Assembly: GCA_902556355.1 (NCBI GenBank)
Contig: CACDVW010000001.1
Coordinates: 5,164 to 69,163 of the forward strand
DNA length: 64,000 nt
Direction of reading: 5' to 3'
Source: an uncultured SAR86 cluster bacterium
GTDB lineage: Bacteria > Pseudomonadota > Gammaproteobacteria > Magnimaribacterales > D2472
Below, one piece after another: positions 57,496 to 64,000 of the stretch. A program made the translations under genes and the position numbers. How positions within the stretch are numbered: the stretch's first letter is position 1; each line of letters opens with the position of its first letter. The notes under the pieces were generated by a model. The model had not been told where the DNA came from. It made no database searches and saw only the letters and a program-made list of their open reading frames with translations.

Positions 57496-58279
57496 TAAGA
57501 AACTTTCTTTGGATGGTCTTATTTTTGAAGCAACCAAAGTTGTTATTAAAGATAATATTTTGACAATCACCCTAAATAGGCCTGATAAGAAGAATGCTAT
57601 CAATACTGTAATGATGAATGAAGTTAATTATGCTTTGGCGTATGCAAAACAAGAGAGAAAAATTAGAGTTGTTGTAATAGATGCTGAAGGGGATATTTTT
57701 TGTGCTGGTGCAGACTTAAGTAATTCAAAATCTGAATCCAATGTTCCAAAATTAGAAAATCACGATGATTTAAGCCTGTCGATTAGGCATTTGTATAAGC
57801 CTGTAATATGCAAAATTCAAGGATCTGTTCTAGCTGGAGCTCTTTTAATGGTCGCGAATGCTACTCATGCAGTTGCAGTGAAGGATGCAAAATTTTCAGC
57901 ACCTGAGATTAAGAGAGGATTATGGCCGTTTATGGTTATGGCTGGTTTATTTAGGGTTATGCCAAAAAGAGCTGGGTTAGATTTTATTATGAGGGGTAAT
58001 TATATAGATGCCTCTAAAGCTGAGGAATGGGGATTAATTAATAAATCAGTGGAGAGGGATCAACTTGATGAGTATGTTGATAATTTAGCTAAAGAACTTT
58101 CTAGACTTGCACCTGGCACTATGCAAATAGGACTAAAAGCATATGCATATCAGGATAATATGAGTTTTGATGAAGCTTTACCCTACCTTCAAACACAAAT
58201 TGCAGAATGTTTTAAAAGTGACGATGCTAAAGAAGGTATTTCTGCTTTTTTAGAAAAAAGAGATCCTAAATGGGACTAA
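57488..58279 (+). CDS. Enoyl-CoA hydratase/isomerase (crotonase) family protein
   Basis: Crotonase pattern (LNRPDKKNAI, FCAGADL, GSVLAGA). Confidence 0.85.
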   Translation: MSDKKLSLDGLIFEATKVVIKDNILTITLNRPDKKNAINTVMMNEVNYALAYAKQERKIRVVVIDAEGDIFCAGADLSNSKSESNVPKLENHDDLSLSIRHLYKPVICKIQGSVLAGALLMVANATHAVAVKDAKFSAPEIKRGLWPFMVMAGLFRVMPKRAGLDFIMRGNYIDASKAEEWGLINKSVERDQLDEYVDNLAKELSRLAPGTMQIGLKAYAYQDNMSFDEALPYLQTQIAECFKSDDAKEGISAFLEKRDPKWD

Positions 58280-58299
58280 ATAATCTATGAGAATAAAAC

Positions 58300-59523
58300 A
58301 TGAATCTTAATTACGGGCCTGAATATAAAAATTTTAAAAAAGAAGTTATAAGCTTTTGTAAAAAATGGGAAGGTGTTCACTTTGTTGATGAAGCAAAATC
58401 ACCATTGACTCCAATAACTAAAGTTGGTGGAAAAAAAATTACTAGAACTGAATGGCAATCAATTTTAATTAAAGAGGGTTACTTTGCGCGTTCTATACCT
58501 AAAGAATATGGTGGTTATGGTGGTGAAAGTGACGTTATTAAAAATAGAATTATTGCCACTGAATTTTCTAATCATGGAGTGCCCTCTCCTATGAGTGGTC
58601 AAGGCATAGATATGCTTGTTCCAACTCTTCTTGAACTGGGCACTGAACAACAAAAAAAACAATATATTGAAAAAACATTACTGGGAGAAATTATATGGTG
58701 TCAGGGATACTCTGAACCTAATGCTGGAAGTGACTTGGCCAGTCTTCAAACAAAAGGAGAATTAGTAGATGGTAATTGGGTTATAAATGGTCAAAAAATA
58801 TGGACTAGCACTGCTCAATATTCACAAATGATGTTCTGCCTGGTGAGAACGGAACCAGAGGCAAAAAAACATGCTGGTATAAGTTATTTATTAATTCCAA
58901 TGGAAACGCCTGGCATAGAAATTAGGCCCTTAGTGGACATGACCTTAAAAGCTGGCTTTAACGAAGTTTTTTTTACAAATGTGACGATACCTGAAGCAAA
59001 TATTGTTGGAAAAAGAGGTGAAGGCTGGGCAGTAGCTAATGCAACACTTACTCATGAAAGAGGTTCATTAACCAATCCTAATGCAACTATGAATAGGGTT
59101 AATTCTCTCATCAATATCATGAAAAAGGAGACCATTAATGGCAAGAAATTAATTGATATTCCTGTCTATAGAGATAAGTTAATGACTTTACAGGCAAAAG
59201 TCATGGCCTTTCAGTCAAACTCGTTGAGAGTATTGTCTGCAAAACTTAATCCTGGGCAAGATGTCAAAATGGCTGGAATGATTCAAAAGTATTATGGAAC
59301 TGAGCTCCGACATGAATTAGAAGGTTTTGCTGTTGACGTTATGGGTGAGATTGGAACTTTGTATGAAAGCAGTCCTCATCTGAGAGATAAAGGCTCGTGG
59401 CAATTCTTATATATGTACTATCTTGGTTTAATAATTGGAGGAGGTACAAGTCAAATTCAAAAAAATATAATTGCAGAGAGGGGTTTGGGTATGCCTCGTG
59501 AGCCAAAGGTTCAGGAGGCATAA
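58300..59523 (+). CDS. Acyl-CoA dehydrogenase (FadE-type, first of the second tandem pair)
   Basis: IIWCQGYSEPNAGSDLASL. The C-terminus reads IIGGGTSQIQ, where the paralogue at 44582 has IEGGTSEVQ. Confidence 0.85.
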   Translation: MNLNYGPEYKNFKKEVISFCKKWEGVHFVDEAKSPLTPITKVGGKKITRTEWQSILIKEGYFARSIPKEYGGYGGESDVIKNRIIATEFSNHGVPSPMSGQGIDMLVPTLLELGTEQQKKQYIEKTLLGEIIWCQGYSEPNAGSDLASLQTKGELVDGNWVINGQKIWTSTAQYSQMMFCLVRTEPEAKKHAGISYLLIPMETPGIEIRPLVDMTLKAGFNEVFFTNVTIPEANIVGKRGEGWAVANATLTHERGSLTNPNATMNRVNSLINIMKKETINGKKLIDIPVYRDKLMTLQAKVMAFQSNSLRVLSAKLNPGQDVKMAGMIQKYYGTELRHELEGFAVDVMGEIGTLYESSPHLRDKGSWQFLYMYYLGLIIGGGTSQIQKNIIAERGLGMPREPKVQEA

Positions 59524-59524
59524 A

Positions 59525-60613
59525 ATGTATTTTGGTTTATCAGAAGATCAAGAATTTTTTAAAGACAACGTAAGTAAATTTTTACAAGACCATGCTCCTT
59601 TAGATGTTATAAAAAAAATCATAGAAGATGATGAACACGACTTAAAAAATAATATTAAAAATGGATTAGTTAATCTTGGTATTAACTCTTTGTTGATTCC
59701 AGAAGAGTATGGAGGTCTTGGACTTGACTTACTTTTTGCCACAGCAGTATCTCAAAGCCTAGGTGAGAATATAGCACCATTTTCTTTCCTAAGTTCTTAC
59801 GTGATGGCTCCAATAGCTTTAATAAATGGTGGGAACACAGAACAAAAAGAGAAATATCTCAAGGGAATTTTAGAAAATAATTATAAGTTCGGAGTTGGTT
59901 TTTCAGAGTTTATTTCGGCTAGAAATGATTTTGGATTTATTTTTAAAGATAATAAAATCAATGGGAAATCAATCTTTGTTTTGGATGCTGATGATGTATC
60001 CCATCTCTTATTGGCAGATGAAAATGGAGTAATTGGTGTTGTAGACACAAGTGACAAAAATATTGAAATTATAAAACTTACAACAGTAGATAAAACTAGA
60101 AGCTACTCGGAGGTTATTTTTAAAAATGCTTCAATTGATGTTCTTGAAAATTCAATTACTGATATTGAGCCATTAAAAAAATCTATCGATGCTGGAAGAA
60201 TTATATTAGCTGCTGATTCGTTGGGAGCATCTGAAGCGCTAATTAGAAAAGCTGTTGCATATTCAAAGGAAAGAAAACAGTTTGGTCGTGCTATAGGTTC
60301 TTTTCAAGCAGTAAAACATATGTGTGCAGAAATGGCATCTGATTTAGAGCCTTGTTACTCATTGGTATGGCATGCTGCTCATTGTTTTGATAATATTCCT
60401 GATGAATCAAGACTGATGGCTTGTCATGCAAAATCACATGTTTCGGAAGTCTCTAAAGTTATAAGCAAAAAAGCTACAGAAGTTCATGGTGGCATGGGTT
60501 TTACTGATTTGATGGGTATTCATTATTGGTTCAAAAGGATTGGAGTAAATAGACAAAACCTAGGTTCTCCAGAAACTATTAGAGAAGAAGCTGCAAAAAT
60601 ACAAAATTTATAA
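59525..60613 (+). CDS. Acyl-CoA dehydrogenase family protein (second of the second pair)
   Basis: The ATG at 59525 (MYFGLSEDQEFF) is 1 nt after the preceding stop; the track start at 59471 overlaps. ACAD pattern FQAVKHMCAEM, HGGMGFTD. Confidence 0.8.
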   Translation: MYFGLSEDQEFFKDNVSKFLQDHAPLDVIKKIIEDDEHDLKNNIKNGLVNLGINSLLIPEEYGGLGLDLLFATAVSQSLGENIAPFSFLSSYVMAPIALINGGNTEQKEKYLKGILENNYKFGVGFSEFISARNDFGFIFKDNKINGKSIFVLDADDVSHLLLADENGVIGVVDTSDKNIEIIKLTTVDKTRSYSEVIFKNASIDVLENSITDIEPLKKSIDAGRIILAADSLGASEALIRKAVAYSKERKQFGRAIGSFQAVKHMCAEMASDLEPCYSLVWHAAHCFDNIPDESRLMACHAKSHVSEVSKVISKKATEVHGGMGFTDLMGIHYWFKRIGVNRQNLGSPETIREEAAKIQNL

Positions 60614-60616
60614 CTT

Positions 60617-62686
60617 GTGATTAAAAATAAACTCATTTGGTCTTTCGTTTGTGTTGTCCTGATTTCATGTGGCAACTCAACTTATGAACCGCAAGAATAT
60701 ATATCTACCAATCTTACTGATGAAAAAATCAATCTCAGCAAAGAGGTTTTTAAGAAGTTAAAAAAAGAACACTATATAAAGAATTTTGTTAAAAATGACT
60801 TTAACAATAAATACATAGATGCATTAATTGAAAGGCTTGATGAAAATAAATTATATTTTCTTGAATCAGAAATAAAAAACTTCAAAGAAGAATCAAGCCA
60901 ATATTCAGGAAAATTTTTTGATATTGATTTAGCATACCTAATAATTAATTTATATTTTGAAAGGCTCGTAGACTTTTCTGAATTTCAAATAAAACTCATT
61001 GAAAAAGATTCATTTGATTTTACAAAAGATGAATTTATAGACATTTATTATGAAGACAACCAATGGTCTTCATCTGAAGATCTTCTAAAAAATGTATGGA
61101 GAAATGAGACAAAAAATGATTTGCTTGTGGCATTGATGTCAGAAACATTGTCTGATGATCCAAATAAAGTTTTATTAAAAAGATATAAAAATAGAATTAG
61201 AAGAATTCAGCAACAAAAAGAAGAAGATATTTTTTCAATAGCTATAAATACCCTTAGCAATCAATTTGACCCACATTCATCATATTTATCTCCAAGATCA
61301 GCAGAAGATTTTGATATGAATATGAGTCTTAAGTTAGAGGGTATTGGTGCTCTATTAGGGGCCGATGATGACTACACAAAAATTGTCAGCCTAGTGCCTG
61401 GTGGTCCAGCTGAAAAGTCTGGAGAAATATTACCAGAGGATAAAATAACAAGAATAAGACAGATAGATACAGAAGATAAAGAATATGTTGATGTTGTAGG
61501 TTGGAGGATTGATGAAGTTGTAGATTTAATAAGAGGTAAGTCAGGAACTCAAGTTGAGATAGAGTTCATATCCTCTGATTCTGCAGATAGCACTAGAAAA
61601 TTAGTGACTTTAACAAGAGAAGAGATAAAGCTTGAAGACAGAGCTGCTAAATCTAAAATCATAGAAACTAAAGAAGGAAATAAGATTGGAATAATAGATT
61701 TACCCTCTTTCTATATTGATTTTAATGCCTATCAAAATAGAGATTCAGACTATAGAAGTAGTAGTAATGACGTAGAGAATATTCTTAAAGATTTTAAAAT
61801 CGAAGGTGTCGATGCTGTTATTTTAGATCTTAGAAATAACGGTGGAGGTGCATTAATCGAAGCTAATAAAATAGTTGGCTTATTTGTTTCCTCTGGCCCA
61901 ACAGTTCAAGTTAAACATAAGGCTGGCTATATTCAACCTTATGGTTCAAGCAAGGCTAAACAAGCATGGCATAAACCAATGGCAGTTCTGGTTAATCGTT
62001 ATTCAGCATCAGCCTCTGAGATAGTTGCTGGTGCAATCCAGGATTATCAAAGGGGTATCGTGCTTGGTCAAAGAACATTTGGCAAAGGAACAGTTCAAAG
62101 CTTAGAAAGTATTTCAAAGGGTCAGATTAAGATTACAGAATCGAAGTATTATCGTATTGATGGTTCTAGCACACAAAATAAAGGCGTGATACCTGATATT
62201 GAACTCCTTTCTACTTGGGATATTGAAACTGTTGGTGAAAGCTCATACCCAACCGCATTGGAATGGGATACTGTTAGACCTTATAGGCATAAGAAATTTA
62301 GCTTTGATACTGACAAAGTTCTTGAAATAAAAGATCTGTATTCTCAAAGATTAACTACCAGTCCAAACTTAAAATATCTTGTAGAGGTAAGAGATAGATA
62401 TTACTTAAATAAAGATAAAAAACTTCTTAGTCTAAACTTAGAAACTAGAAAATCTGAAAAAGAAGCCAGAAAGGATTGGCTTTTGCAAATAGAAAATAAA
62501 AGAAGAGAAGGTCTTGGTCTAGAAATTTTTTCAACCTATGAAGATCTGGATGAAAATAATAAAGAAAATGAAAACACAAATAACGATATTGATTTTAAAC
62601 GAGATTATTTATTAATAGAGTCTACTAATATCATTAATGATTATTTAAACTTAGATAAGAAATTTCTTGCCTCTAAAGTAGGATAA
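60617..62686 (+). CDS. prc: Tail-specific (C-terminal processing) protease, S41 family; probable lipoprotein
   Basis: PDZ block (LEGIGALLG...VSLVPGGPAEKSG), S41 motifs (RNNGGGAL, SASASEIVAGA, GKGTVQ), a lipobox-like LISC, and a GTG start. Confidence 0.85.
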   Translation: MIKNKLIWSFVCVVLISCGNSTYEPQEYISTNLTDEKINLSKEVFKKLKKEHYIKNFVKNDFNNKYIDALIERLDENKLYFLESEIKNFKEESSQYSGKFFDIDLAYLIINLYFERLVDFSEFQIKLIEKDSFDFTKDEFIDIYYEDNQWSSSEDLLKNVWRNETKNDLLVALMSETLSDDPNKVLLKRYKNRIRRIQQQKEEDIFSIAINTLSNQFDPHSSYLSPRSAEDFDMNMSLKLEGIGALLGADDDYTKIVSLVPGGPAEKSGEILPEDKITRIRQIDTEDKEYVDVVGWRIDEVVDLIRGKSGTQVEIEFISSDSADSTRKLVTLTREEIKLEDRAAKSKIIETKEGNKIGIIDLPSFYIDFNAYQNRDSDYRSSSNDVENILKDFKIEGVDAVILDLRNNGGGALIEANKIVGLFVSSGPTVQVKHKAGYIQPYGSSKAKQAWHKPMAVLVNRYSASASEIVAGAIQDYQRGIVLGQRTFGKGTVQSLESISKGQIKITESKYYRIDGSSTQNKGVIPDIELLSTWDIETVGESSYPTALEWDTVRPYRHKKFSFDTDKVLEIKDLYSQRLTTSPNLKYLVEVRDRYYLNKDKKLLSLNLETRKSEKEARKDWLLQIENKRREGLGLEIFSTYEDLDENNKENENTNNDIDFKRDYLLIESTNIINDYLNLDKKFLASKVG

Positions 62687-62689
62687 ATT

Positions 62690-63502
62690 ATGAGAATTAT
62701 ATCTTTCAATATCAATAGTATTAGAGCTCGCCCACATCAACTTATTCATTTAAGAGACACTCTTGACCCTGATGTCATTGGGCTGCAAGAAACTAAAGTA
62801 AATGATCCTGATTTTCCTTTAGATGTGATTGAAGAAATTGGTTATCATCCAGAATATTGGGGTCAAAAAGGTCATTATGGCGTTGCTATTCTCAGCAAAG
62901 AAAAACCTATCAAAACGGTAAAAGGTTTTAAAAAAGATACTCTAGAAGATCAAAAAAGGTTTATAGAGTGTACGTTTGCAACAAAGGATTCTGAAATAAC
63001 AATTATGAATGGTTATTTCCCTCAAGGAGAAAATATCAATCATGAAACAAAATTTCCAAAGAAAATTAAATATTATGATGACTTAAAAAAGCACATCAAA
63101 GAACTGCAAAAAACAAAAGAAAATTTAATTGTTATGGGTGATTTTAATGTAGCCCCCGAGGATACCGATATTGGAATTGGTGCGGAAAATGTAAAAAGAT
63201 GGCTTCGCGATGGTAAGACGTCTTTTCAACCTCAAGAGCGAGAAATGTGGAATAGCATCAAGAACCTAGGCTTCACAGATTCATGGAGAAAAGAAAACCC
63301 TGATGAATCATCTATTTTTTCATGGTTTGACTACAGATCAAGAATGTTTGATGACAATCCAAAAAGAGGTCTAAGAATTGATCATATTATGGTTTCAAAT
63401 AACTTAACGAATGCGATATCTGGAACTGGAATCGATTATGATGCTAGAGCTATGGAAAAACCATCAGACCACTGCCCTGTCTGGGTTGATATAGATATTT
63501 AA
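62690..63502 (+). CDS. xthA: Exodeoxyribonuclease III
   Basis: MRIISFNINSIRAR, LQETK, GDFNVAP and SDHCPV motifs. Confidence 0.9.
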   Translation: MRIISFNINSIRARPHQLIHLRDTLDPDVIGLQETKVNDPDFPLDVIEEIGYHPEYWGQKGHYGVAILSKEKPIKTVKGFKKDTLEDQKRFIECTFATKDSEITIMNGYFPQGENINHETKFPKKIKYYDDLKKHIKELQKTKENLIVMGDFNVAPEDTDIGIGAENVKRWLRDGKTSFQPQEREMWNSIKNLGFTDSWRKENPDESSIFSWFDYRSRMFDDNPKRGLRIDHIMVSNNLTNAISGTGIDYDARAMEKPSDHCPVWVDIDI

Positions 63503-63510
63503 TCATCTTT

Positions 63511-63954
63511 ATGATGGATCAAATTGAAATCAGATCCCCAAAAACTGAAGCAGAATGGAAAAAATATGATGATTTTAGATGGGAAATTTTACGAAAGCCT
63601 CTCAATATACCTCACATCCCCCTAAAAGATGATCTTGAAGATAAAAGCTATCATTTTATGGCAATAACATCATCAAATAAGATTGTGGCCTGTGGAAGAT
63701 TGCATATGAATAATGATAAAGAAGCTCAAATAAGATACATGGGTGTATCTGAAAATAGAAGAAGAATGGGTTTGGGGTCATTAATTGTTGATCGATTAGA
63801 AAATCAAGCCAAGGCCCTTGGAGCGAGCAGTATTACATTAAATGCTAGAAACGTTGCCTTAAATTTCTATAAATCACAAGGATATGAAGCGATTGAACCA
63901 TATCAATCTGATACAAATATCCCTCATACCAGAATGGAGAAATTTTTAACCTAA
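63511..63954 (+). CDS. GNAT-family N-acetyltransferase
   Basis: Acetyl-CoA binding motif RRRMGLGSLIV and a YKSQGY tail. Confidence 0.8.
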   Translation: MMDQIEIRSPKTEAEWKKYDDFRWEILRKPLNIPHIPLKDDLEDKSYHFMAITSSNKIVACGRLHMNNDKEAQIRYMGVSENRRRMGLGSLIVDRLENQAKALGASSITLNARNVALNFYKSQGYEAIEPYQSDTNIPHTRMEKFLT

Positions 63955-64000
63955 CTATCTTTTAGTTTTGAAAAATTTCTTTAATAAGTTTGAGCTTTCA

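Noticed and set aside
1-64000. rRNA, tRNA, CRISPR arrays, IS elements/transposases, integrases, prophage structural genes
   Set aside because: I inspected all intergenic gaps and ORF translations and found none of these. I therefore do not call the island a prophage or ICE.

Overview
This is AT-rich, very compact bacterial DNA. Many neighbouring genes overlap by 4 or 8 nt, and convergent genes share stop codons. Gene content and order (leuCDB-asd-fimV-like-truA-trpFBA-accD-SPOR-cvpA-purF, acnB, prpBCD, lexA with a CTGT-type SOS box, topA, pyrD, galU, nadK) point to a streamlined gammaproteobacterium. A marine SAR86-like lineage is only a guess.

The window has two parts.

(1) Positions 1 to about 12.9 kb hold 22 consecutive minus-strand ORFs, almost all without a recognisable family. 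I read this as the right-hand part of an accessory island; its left end lies outside the window. I can support these parts:
- A four-gene R-M-like operon with two SPPY DNA methyltransferases.
- A four-gene module (131 aa, a single-chain double-DTGA retropepsin-like protease, 130 aa, an OGFr_N homologue). It is preceded by an SOS-box-like site carrying the same unusual CTGT-N8-ATAG half-sites as the host lexA operator.
- A stand-alone Hjc-like PD-(D/E)xK protein.
- A 3-TM protein coupled to an AlbA_2/Schlafen-like protein.
- An ECF sigma/anti-sigma pair with two identical TAATTTGTAACA-N13-ACGTTAAG promoter motifs, one before the sigma gene and one before a downstream membrane-protein gene.
- A perfect 29-bp promoter-like repeat present twice.
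- An excisionase-type HTH gene and several small secreted, TM or Cys-rich ORFs, two of which are missing from the ORF track.

No integrase, transposase, tRNA, rRNA or CRISPR array is visible.

(2) Positions 13 to 64 kb are ordinary core metabolism. This part includes two tandem acyl-CoA dehydrogenase pairs, an atu/liu-like carboxylase cluster with an AtuA (DUF1446) gene, a secreted MsrA-CPYC-MsrB fusion and an 8-bp x4 tandem repeat at the nadK/rhomboid junction.

All family calls come from motif recognition by eye, with no searches run. The ORF track uses GTG/TTG starts, so several start coordinates are uncertain.
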